Below, piece by piece: positions 9,123 to 17,318 of a DNA stretch of 64,000 nucleotides; position 1 is the first letter of the stretch; each line of letters begins with the position of its first letter. Origin of the DNA: Lentisphaeria bacterium (GTDB lineage: Bacteria > Verrucomicrobiota > Lentisphaeria > JABSQK01 > JAWLHB01); NCBI GenBank assembly GCA_041690595.1, contig JAWLHB010000044.1, forward strand, positions 1 to 64,000. The letters are read 5' to 3'. A program made the translations under genes and the position numbers. Under the pieces are notes generated by a model. The model saw only the letters and a list, made by a program, of their open reading frames with translations. It had not been told where the DNA came from and searched no databases.

Positions 9123-10284
9123 GGGCGCCCTCCTCCCGGCGCCGCGCAATTGCGGCCAGTACCAGGCGCGCGGCCGCCTCCCAGCTCTGCTCTGCCAGTG
9201 GCGCCGCAATGGCGGTATGATCCCAGGAACGCGCCAGCGCCCGCCGAAGTGCCGCTGCCAGATCGGCGGTGAAGCGGCTGCTCTTTGGGTCGATGAGAAA
9301 GCCGTTCTCGCCATCGCGAACCAGTCTGGGGACTTCCCCGACGGCACTGGCCACGACCGGCGTTCCACAGGCGAGCGCTTCCACCACCACATTCGGCATT
9401 CCTTCCGACCGACTCGGCAGAACCAGGCACTGCGCCCGGCGCATGCAATCCGCGATCTCCCGGGGCGTCCGGCGTCCGAGGAAAACCACCTGGCCTTCCA
9501 GCCCCGCCCGCCCCACCTGCTGGCGCATCTCACGTTCCAGCGCCCCCCCGCCAATGATCGTCAGCACAAGCTCCTCCGACATGCCGGTCACACACGCGTT
9601 CCAAACGGCGATAAGCCGATCGGCGCCCTTCACCGGCAGCAGGTTGCCCACGTAAAGCACCCCTTCCCGCGTTATGCCGCCACCCGCCACCGGATGGAAG
9701 TGCGCCGGATCGATGCCATTCCGAAAAGGAGCCAACTGCTCCGCCGGTATGCCCGCCTCCCGGACCGCGCCGGCCAGCGCCTCGCCAGAGGTCACGATCA
9801 GCGGCGCCCGGCGCAGCAGTGCCATCAGTTTCGGCCCCACTCCGCGCTGAGTCCGCCGGAAGAGGAAATCCGAACCGTTGAGACGCACCGACCAGCGCAG
9901 CCCCAACCTCTCGCACAGCGGCGCCATGGCGGCGGCATCCGGAAAAGCAAAGCCCAGGATCACATGATCCGGCTCGAAGCGCTCGACCACCTCGCAAAAA
10001 TGCCGGGCAATGGACCAGCGGCAGAAGTGGTCGTGCCAGTAGATGAGGCAGCGCGGGGTACGATAGAAGGGGGGATGCGATACACGGATCCCATCGAGCA
10101 TCTCCCAGCGCGGCGGGAAGCGTCCCGGACAAAGCTGGGGCATTCCCGGTACGGTAACGATCGGGGCAATCACCTCGACCTCGTGGCCCAGCGCCGCCAT
10201 GGCGGTCAGCAGCGAACGATTGTAGGTGGCCCGAGTCGGTTCCAGGCTACTGGGATAGAGTGTGGAAACGAAGAGGATCCGCAT
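9115..10284 (-). CDS. Glycosyltransferase family 4
   Basis: MRILFVSTLYP, NGID, YVGNLLPVKG, LPSRSEGMPNVVVEALACGTPVV (EX7E). Confidence 0.93.
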   Translation of the reverse strand: MRILFVSTLYPSSLEPTRATYNRSLLTAMAALGHEVEVIAPIVTVPGMPQLCPGRFPPRWEMLDGIRVSHPPFYRTPRCLIYWHDHFCRWSIARHFCEVVERFEPDHVILGFAFPDAAAMAPLCERLGLRWSVRLNGSDFLFRRTQRGVGPKLMALLRRAPLIVTSGEALAGAVREAGIPAEQLAPFRNGIDPAHFHPVAGGGITREGVLYVGNLLPVKGADRLIAVWNACVTGMSEELVLTIIGGGALEREMRQQVGRAGLEGQVVFLGRRTPREIADCMRRAQCLVLPSRSEGMPNVVVEALACGTPVVASAVGEVPRLVRDGENGFLIDPKSSRFTADLAAALRRALARSWDHTAIAAPLAEQSWEAAARLVLAAIARRREEGAHA

Positions 10285-10316
10285 GTGTTGCCGATGGTAA
10301 ACGGCGTTCGGCCGCG

Positions 10317-11009
10317 CTATTTCCCGAGCGACTCCGCGCCTTTGCGAGCATCGTTCAGGAACATCTGCACCGTCTCCTTTGTGTACGGATGAACCAGCAT
10401 TCCCTCCAGCAGCTTGGGGGTCACCGTGACGATATGGGCCCCGGCTTCAAGCCACTCGATAACGTTGAGGATCTCCCGGGTCGAGCAGGCGATGATCTTG
10501 CTCGGGAGCGCGTGCATGTCGAGCACCCGCCGCAGCCGCATCAATTCGTCGCAGACATTGTAACCCATGTTGTTCATGCGCCCGCCGAAGAGGCTGACAT
10601 ACGTTGCCCCTGCCATGGCAGCCAGAAAGCACTGCTGCGCCGACATCATGGCCGTAATGTTGAGGCGGATGTTGTGCTTCGTCGCCAGCTCGTGGATGAC
10701 GGCGACGTTGTCCAGTTCCCCCTCCGGACCGTGAATGGTGATCTTCACGACTACCTGCTCATACCACTCCTGGAAGGCCAGCGCCTGGTCGATCATGCCC
10801 CGCGGGTCGTTAGTAGTCACTTCCACGCTGAGCGGCAGCGGTGCGATGATCTCGGCGATCTGGCAAGCACGTTCCTTGACGCCCGCCATCCCCCCCTTCA
10901 CGCCGTCATTGAGCATGATGGTGGGATTGGTGGTAACGCCGCGGAGAATACCCATGCGGTGAAAACGCTTTACTTCTGCCGGATCGCTTGAGTCGAGAAA
11001 GATCGCCAT
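10317..11009 (-). CDS. tal: Transaldolase (short TalC/Fsa-type)
   Basis: IFLDS, GVTTNPT, LSVEV (Glu), VVVKI (Schiff-base Lys), VSLFGGR (Phe); the Glu/Phe pair indicates transaldolase rather than F6P aldolase. Confidence 0.88.
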   Translation of the reverse strand: MAIFLDSSDPAEVKRFHRMGILRGVTTNPTIMLNDGVKGGMAGVKERACQIAEIIAPLPLSVEVTTNDPRGMIDQALAFQEWYEQVVVKITIHGPEGELDNVAVIHELATKHNIRLNITAMMSAQQCFLAAMAGATYVSLFGGRMNNMGYNVCDELMRLRRVLDMHALPSKIIACSTREILNVIEWLEAGAHIVTVTPKLLEGMLVHPYTKETVQMFLNDARKGAESLGK

Positions 11010-11144
11010 ACCATTGAAGCTCCTGAATCGTGATGCTGCGCCACAGCTTTGCAGAGTGGCACAAGTGTATCACACTAGCAAGAACATATCCAGCCCCGGG
11101 CAAAGATTTGCGCCACGGCGGAAGGTACACCCTCACGTGCCCGA

Positions 11145-13031
11145 CTATTCGAAATCGATCTCGTAGCTGTAGACATTGCCGTTGAGCTGGCTCGTCACCC
11201 GCTCACCGCTCTTGTTGAAGACCGCCTGCATCGCCTTGTTGTCGCGCAGCACTTCAGCCGTAAAGCCACTGATGCCCTGCCCCTTGGCAAGTCGGATCAG
11301 CAGCCGGTTGAGGTACGACCCGATGCCGCGGTTCTGCCAGTCGTCCATGACGACGAAGGCAACTTCCGCGCGGTTCGTCTTCTCGTTCAGATAATACCGT
11401 CCCACGGCGATGATCTGCTCGCCGAAGGCTTCCGGCAGTACCCCGACTATCGCCACATCATGCCGATTGTCGATGTAGACGAAATCCTGGATCTGCTTGC
11501 TCGGGAAGCGCTTCATGTGCGTGAAGAAGCGGTAGTAGAGTGTCTGCTCCGACAGCTGGTACAGCAGGTCCTTCACCAGCGGTGCATCCGTCGGGCGGAT
11601 AGGCCGGAAGGTTACCTCCGTACCGTTGTTCACCACATACGTGAAGCGGTAATCCGGCGGCCCCACCTTGATCTTTCCTTCCACCCCCGCCAAGTCCTGA
11701 CGCAGGTACTTCAGCTCGATCGCCTGGTAAAGCAGCTCTTCACGATAGTCCGGATGGGCGATGGTGATCAGCGCCAGCGCCCGCTCCTGCACACTCTTGC
11801 CGTGCAGATAGGCCGAGCCGTATTCCGTCACCACATAGTGCACGTCGCCTCGCGTCGTCACCACGCCGGAACCGGGATCCAGAATCGCCTTGATGCGCGA
11901 TACCCGCCCGTCTTTCGTCTCCGCCGTCGACGGCAGCGCGATGATCGCCTTGCCATTGATCGCTCGCGTCGCCCCGCGGTTGAAGTCCATCTGCCCGCCC
12001 AGCCCACTGAAGAACTTGGCGCCAATGGAATCCGCGCACACCTGGCCGGTCAGATCCACGCTGATCGCGGTATTGATCGCGATCATCTGGTCCTGCTGGC
12101 TGATCACAAAGGGATCATTGACGTACTCGGTCGGCCGGAACGAGAACTTCGGATTGTCGTGTATATAGTTGTACAGGCGCGGCGAGCCGATGCAGAAGCT
12201 GGCAACGATCTTGTCCCGGTCCTTGCTCTTCTCGCTGCCGGTGATCACCCCTTCTTCGACCAGCTCGATGATCCGTTCCGTCAGCATCTCCGTATGGATG
12301 CCCAGATTCTTCTTCCCCTTGAGGAATTCGATCATGGCGTGCGGAATGCGGCCGATCCCGAATTCGAGGGTGGCGCCGTCGTCCACCAGCGACGCAATAC
12401 GCTCGCCGATCTGACGGGTCACATCGTCCAGCGGCGCCGGCGCGATGGTCAGCAGCGGCTCATCCACCGGTACCAGAATATCCATGTCATACACATGCAG
12501 CCCCTTGTCGCCAAGGGTACGCGGCATGTTCATGTTCACCTGGGCGATCACCAGCACCGCATTTTCGGCCGCGGCCTTCACGATGTCGACCGAGATGCCC
12601 AGACTGCACATGCCTCGCTCGTCAGGCGGGGAGACCTGAATCATGGCCACGTCGATAGGCAGCCGCCCAGTACGGAACAATTTGGGTACGTCCGAAAGCG
12701 AAATGGGGGTATAGTCCCCCCATCCCTGCTGAACCGCCTCACGTATGCTGTCGCTGATGAAGAAGGAGTTGATCCGCACATTGTGGATGAACTCCTCCTT
12801 GGCATACGGCGCGTCGCCGAAAGGGAGAACCTGCACCAACTCCAGGTCGGCCAGGTCACGGGCCCTTTCGGTCAACGCGTTGACCAACGCCACGGGCTCG
12901 CCACACGCGGTACCGATGAAAACGCGAGTGCCGGGCTGCAGCCGGGCCATTGCTTCCGATGGGGTGGCTATCAGCTCCGCGTATTTTTCCCGCCAGTCAG
13001 GATCGATATCCGTTCGTCTGTTCAAGTCCAT
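11145..13031 (-). CDS. Acetyl-CoA hydrolase/CoA-transferase fused to a C-terminal GNAT domain
   Basis: LGISVD, FGIGRIP, LGIHTEM (catalytic Glu), VDLTGQVCADSIG, GGQMDF; GNAT AEVAFVVMDDWQNRGIG. Confidence 0.92.
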   Translation of the reverse strand: MDLNRRTDIDPDWREKYAELIATPSEAMARLQPGTRVFIGTACGEPVALVNALTERARDLADLELVQVLPFGDAPYAKEEFIHNVRINSFFISDSIREAVQQGWGDYTPISLSDVPKLFRTGRLPIDVAMIQVSPPDERGMCSLGISVDIVKAAAENAVLVIAQVNMNMPRTLGDKGLHVYDMDILVPVDEPLLTIAPAPLDDVTRQIGERIASLVDDGATLEFGIGRIPHAMIEFLKGKKNLGIHTEMLTERIIELVEEGVITGSEKSKDRDKIVASFCIGSPRLYNYIHDNPKFSFRPTEYVNDPFVISQQDQMIAINTAISVDLTGQVCADSIGAKFFSGLGGQMDFNRGATRAINGKAIIALPSTAETKDGRVSRIKAILDPGSGVVTTRGDVHYVVTEYGSAYLHGKSVQERALALITIAHPDYREELLYQAIELKYLRQDLAGVEGKIKVGPPDYRFTYVVNNGTEVTFRPIRPTDAPLVKDLLYQLSEQTLYYRFFTHMKRFPSKQIQDFVYIDNRHDVAIVGVLPEAFGEQIIAVGRYYLNEKTNRAEVAFVVMDDWQNRGIGSYLNRLLIRLAKGQGISGFTAEVLRDNKAMQAVFNKSGERVTSQLNGNVYSYEIDFE

Positions 13032-13044
13032 GGGGTGGCTTCCT

Positions 13045-15150
13045 TCAGTCGTGTTTCAAGGTCATGCGTGCATCCGCCGCGAAGGCTGGCTGGCCCACTT
13101 TACCGACGAAATAAGGATTGATGTCCAATTCGACGATATTGGGGAAGTCGGTCACCAGTTGGCTGATGCGCTGAAGTCCTTCGGCAATGGCAGACATGTC
13201 GACGCTGGACTCGCCGCGCACGCCTTCGAGCAGGGCATACGACCGCGTCTCTTTCAGCATCTGCATGGCTTCATCCGAGGTGATTGGCGCCAGATGGAAG
13301 GTCACATCCTTCAGTACTTCCACAAAGATGCCGCCAAGCCCGAACATCAGCATCGGCCCAAACTGCGGGTCGCGGCTCATGCCCAGAATCACCTCACGCC
13401 CCTTCGGGCACATCTCTTCAATATACACGCCTTCCACCGGAACATTCGGATGACGACGGTTCACCCGCATCATCATCAGGTCGAAGGCGTCGCGCACCGC
13501 ATCGGCATTGTGCAGATTCAACCGTACACCACCCACATCCGACTTGTGCAGAATCTCCGGCGAAACGATCTTCATCGCCACGGGGAAGCCAATCCGCTCC
13601 GCGACCTCGACCGCCTCCTCATCCGTGCGTGCCAGATAGCCTTCCGGCGTCATGAAACCATAGGCGCGCAGGATCTCCTTCGCACCGATCTCGCCGATCT
13701 CGTGCCGGCCCGAATGCTCGTGCCGCCGGATCACCCGCTGAACGCGGCGACGATTCACCGGGAAGCGGGTCACCTTCCGCGGCGGCCGCTGCTTCCACGA
13801 CGCATACTCCATCATCGCGCGCAGCGCGTCCACCGCGCGTTCCGGCGACGGAAAATCGGGCAGGCTGCATTCCACCAACTGGTTGCGTCCAGGCTTCACC
13901 TCTTCGCCGCCCATGAAGGATGCCAGGATCGGCTTCTTGGCGTTCTTCGCGCATTCAGCCACAGCCAGCGCGGTCTTCACCGGATGAGTCATGGCCTGCG
14001 GCGTCAGCAATACGATGATCGAGTCGATGCTGTCGTCTTCCAGCGCGGCATTGATGGCCAGCGCATAGCGCTCGGGATCGGCATCGCCAAGCACGTCGAT
14101 CGGATTGGCGGTGCTCGCCGACGATGGCAGCAGCTTCTTCAGTGCCGCATCGATGTTGTGCGACAGACTGCTCACTTCCATGCCGCACTTCTCCGCCGCG
14201 TCCGCGGCCATGATGCCCGGCCCGCCCGCATTGGTGATGATCGCCAGGCGACGTCCCTTTGGCACCGGCTGCATCAGCAGCGCGGTCGCGTAGTCGAACA
14301 GCTCCTCGAAACCGTCCGCGCGAATGACGCCGCATCGCTTAAAGGCCGCGCCATAGGCGATATCGCCGCCGGCCAGGCTTCCCGTATGAGACGACGCTGC
14401 CTTCGCCCCAGCCTTGGTCGTACCCGACTTCAGGATGACGACCGGCTTGCGGGACGCCGCTGTCTCCGCCGCCTTCAGAAACTCGTCACCTTCCGTGATG
14501 CTCTCCAGGTACGCGACGATGATCTTCGTCTGATCGTCTTCAGCAAAAGCTTCGAGAAAATCGGTCTCTTTCAGCTCGGCTTTGTTACCGATACTGACAA
14601 GTTTCCCCAGACCGATGTGGCGCTCCGCTGCCCAGTCCAGAATGGCCGTACAAAGGGCGCCCGACTGCGAAATGACGGAGATCCCACCGTTCGACGGCAT
14701 CTGCCCGGCAAAGGACGCATTCATCAAGTTGTCGGTGTTGATCAGCCCCAGGCAGTTCGGCCCCAGCAGGCGCACATTGGCCTGACGGCAGACGTCGGCA
14801 ATCTCCCGCTCCATCTCCGCCCCAACTTCGCCCGTTTCCTTGAAGCCCGCCGTGATGCAGATGATCGCGCCACACCCGGCATTGATCGAATCTTCGACCG
14901 CCTGCATGACGAACTTGGTCGGCACGGAGATGACACTCAGGTCAATCTTCTCGCCATACGCTTCCAGGCTCGCGTGACAGGGGATCCCCAGCACGTCGGG
15001 CGCCTTCGGATTCACCGGTACGATCTTCCCCTGGTAGCCGAAGTTTTTCAGATTGGCCACAATCTCGTGGCCAACTTTGCCAGGGGCGCGTGATGCGCCG
15101 ATCACCGCGACCGATTTCGGATACAATAACGATTCCAATAACATCCCCAT
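13045..15150 (-). CDS. acdA: ADP-forming acetate/acyl-CoA ligase (fused alpha+beta)
   Basis: PKSVAVIGAS, LLGPNCLG, SQSGA, AASSHTGSLAG (phospho-His), TNAGGPG, ATP-grasp HKSDVGGV, DPQFGP, ELDINP. Confidence 0.92.
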   Translation of the reverse strand: MGMLLESLLYPKSVAVIGASRAPGKVGHEIVANLKNFGYQGKIVPVNPKAPDVLGIPCHASLEAYGEKIDLSVISVPTKFVMQAVEDSINAGCGAIICITAGFKETGEVGAEMEREIADVCRQANVRLLGPNCLGLINTDNLMNASFAGQMPSNGGISVISQSGALCTAILDWAAERHIGLGKLVSIGNKAELKETDFLEAFAEDDQTKIIVAYLESITEGDEFLKAAETAASRKPVVILKSGTTKAGAKAASSHTGSLAGGDIAYGAAFKRCGVIRADGFEELFDYATALLMQPVPKGRRLAIITNAGGPGIMAADAAEKCGMEVSSLSHNIDAALKKLLPSSASTANPIDVLGDADPERYALAINAALEDDSIDSIIVLLTPQAMTHPVKTALAVAECAKNAKKPILASFMGGEEVKPGRNQLVECSLPDFPSPERAVDALRAMMEYASWKQRPPRKVTRFPVNRRRVQRVIRRHEHSGRHEIGEIGAKEILRAYGFMTPEGYLARTDEEAVEVAERIGFPVAMKIVSPEILHKSDVGGVRLNLHNADAVRDAFDLMMMRVNRRHPNVPVEGVYIEEMCPKGREVILGMSRDPQFGPMLMFGLGGIFVEVLKDVTFHLAPITSDEAMQMLKETRSYALLEGVRGESSVDMSAIAEGLQRISQLVTDFPNIVELDINPYFVGKVGQPAFAADARMTLKHD

Positions 15151-15241
15151 TTCCTCCCTTTACTCCCTGATGCGCGCCCATTGCAGGCAAACGCGGTACG
15201 CCCGATTGGTGGTCAATCGGTAGCTCATGACTAGTCTGCTA

Positions 15242-15269
15242 AACTTAGATGCCGTTCGGCCCGCGTCAA
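15242..15269 (-). promoter_or_regulatory. Possible sigma70 promoter of the acdA operon
   Basis: Minus strand TTGACG-16 nt-TAAGTT about 90 bp upstream of the start codon. Confidence 0.3.
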
Positions 15270-15325
15270 GCCAGACTGCTCGGCTATCCCGTAATTTACC
15301 CCAGTTTACACGACACTGACAAGCC

Positions 15326-17218
15326 CTACCGGCTCCCCGGGACACGCTTCTTTCCGTAGATGACCTCCCCCAGGCAGAACGGCCCCGCCGGCCCCCATTG
15401 ATTCTGCTCCAGCACCACATCCTGGCAATGGTTCAGCGAGATTGCTCCCGTGGAAATCAGCCCCAACTGACTCCCCGTCTCCGTGCAATCCACCTGCTGC
15501 GTCTCCGACAGTCGATTGCCGGTAATCGACAGCCTGCGCGCCGATGTGGCAAGGATTCCCGCTCCGCCAACGTGCGCGATATCGTTGCCAATGATGCGGA
15601 TATCCAGATTCTCCCGCGGATAGACGCTGCCTTCCTGCCCCGGCCGCAGAAAGTGCTGCACCACAATTGCCCCTCCGTTATAGGCGCCGGAGGCGAGGCT
15701 GCGGTCATCGAAACAGACATCGCGGATGATGTTGTTTCGTACCTCGATGTCACGGACCCAGCCACCTTCATGATGAATCGCGTGCGGCCCGAGACTGATC
15801 GCGCTCGACTTGAGTCGCTCGAAACGGTTCCCCTCGATCACCCCGTGCGAAGCACCAAGCCGCAGGCCCCGCGCCCGATGGTCGTGAAAGTAGTTGTTCC
15901 GGAAGACAAAGCCGGGACAAGCAGTCGCCGGAATCTCCAGGCTCTCCCCCGCGGCCACCTCCACCCCTTCCCGCAGCGTCAGTCGGATTGCGTACAGCCG
16001 CGCCTCCGCGGAAAGAGCGAGGGCCTGACGAATCGTCGCCTGCAACTCGGCCGTCGGCTCACGCACCAGCTGGCAACTCTCGATGACCCCCTCCGCTTTC
16101 AACGCGTATGTATCGCGGGCGAGAAAGCGCACAAGGTCCCCTGGCTCCACTTTCACCTGGAACTCCGGAAAGCCGCGCGTCGCCGCCCAGATCGTGCGGT
16201 TCCCTTCCACCGCCACCACATCCACAATCGCTCCATGCAGGTTCACCGCGTCGTCCCCCATCCAGGAAAAGTCGCAATCCTCCATGACTGGCCCCTGCCG
16301 CGAGTAACCGACATTGAAGCCATCCGCTATCGTGCTCAGCAAGCGCTCCTCGCTCGCGCCTGCCGGCTTCGGCCCCCGGGTGATCGTGCATCCACGAAAG
16401 ATCAGCGGCCCGCTGCAGCACCGCATCATGAATCCCGCCAGTGGCGACGTATACACGGTCACATCCTCGACAAGCAGCGTGTCGCATCCACGGAAGAGAA
16501 ACGCGTTGCCCTTCGGGTTCTTGAAGGCCACCAGATCCCCCGTTGCGAGGTTGGCATAGCCCGGCAGATTGCCGGAGAAGGAAATGCGACCCCGGGTCGG
16601 GCTGAGGACGTCGCTCCGGCTTGGATAGATGTCCGGTACATCCTGGCGCCAGCGGCGGCTTTCCCGCGCAAAGACAAAGGCCCCGCTGGAGCCATAGCGC
16701 ACCCCCTCCACCAGCAGCGGATACCCCGCATGCACTTCGTACTCAAAGCTTCCACCATCCTCCGCCACACTCACGATCGTTCCCTGCGTGAAGGGAAGCG
16801 GCCCGCAATCCACGGTCAACCCCTTGATTGTCAGATCCCTGCAGCCGCTGAACTGAAGCATCTCCCCCTCCGGCGGAAAGATCAGCGTGCAGCCGTAACC
16901 CTCGATGGTCAGCCCCTCCGCGCCCGAAACCGCCACCTTGCCGGGCACCCGAAAGATCCCTTTCGGCAGACGCAACGTTCCCTCATTCGCAGCCACCGTC
17001 TCATCGAGCAGTTGCTGCAGGTCCAATATGGGAATCGTCTCCGCAACGGGCATACTCCCCTCCCAGACACGATGTTGACACGCATTCAGCACCAGCAGGC
17101 ACGCCAGTAGGTACCACCGCCGAATCCCACCGCCAGTTGCGTCGCATACCATGGCCACTCGCCGCCATGACCGATGCGCTCCACCCTCCATTATCGCCGT
17201 CCCCACCTTTTCCGCCAT
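15326..17218 (-). CDS. Right-handed parallel beta-helix glycoside hydrolase, GH110 (alpha-1,3-galactosidase)-like
   Basis: PLPFTQGTI, LLSTIADG, MGDDAVNLHG, HRARGL, IEGNRFE beta-helix rungs. True start uncertain (possibly downstream of 17218). Confidence 0.75.
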   Translation of the reverse strand: MAEKVGTAIMEGGAHRSWRRVAMVCDATGGGIRRWYLLACLLVLNACQHRVWEGSMPVAETIPILDLQQLLDETVAANEGTLRLPKGIFRVPGKVAVSGAEGLTIEGYGCTLIFPPEGEMLQFSGCRDLTIKGLTVDCGPLPFTQGTIVSVAEDGGSFEYEVHAGYPLLVEGVRYGSSGAFVFARESRRWRQDVPDIYPSRSDVLSPTRGRISFSGNLPGYANLATGDLVAFKNPKGNAFLFRGCDTLLVEDVTVYTSPLAGFMMRCCSGPLIFRGCTITRGPKPAGASEERLLSTIADGFNVGYSRQGPVMEDCDFSWMGDDAVNLHGAIVDVVAVEGNRTIWAATRGFPEFQVKVEPGDLVRFLARDTYALKAEGVIESCQLVREPTAELQATIRQALALSAEARLYAIRLTLREGVEVAAGESLEIPATACPGFVFRNNYFHDHRARGLRLGASHGVIEGNRFERLKSSAISLGPHAIHHEGGWVRDIEVRNNIIRDVCFDDRSLASGAYNGGAIVVQHFLRPGQEGSVYPRENLDIRIIGNDIAHVGGAGILATSARRLSITGNRLSETQQVDCTETGSQLGLISTGAISLNHCQDVVLEQNQWGPAGPFCLGEVIYGKKRVPGSR

Positions 17219-17318
17219 GGCTCCCCCCTTTGCCCAAATCTAACCCGGAAACGGAGTCGATCAAGCGCAGGCGCGGAAGCCATGGCGGAACGGAGGCCTT
17301 CAGCCACGAGTCGGCTTA

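Noticed and set aside
9123..9554. N-terminal extension of ORF 7995-9554
   Set aside because: Overlaps the GT4 gene in another frame; the ATG at 9122 with a GGAGG RBS is the better start.
11077..11093. Sigma54-like CTGGATATGTTCTTGCT upstream of tal (minus strand)
   Set aside because: GG-N10-GC spacing fits but the -24 element departs from TGGCAC; too weak without support.
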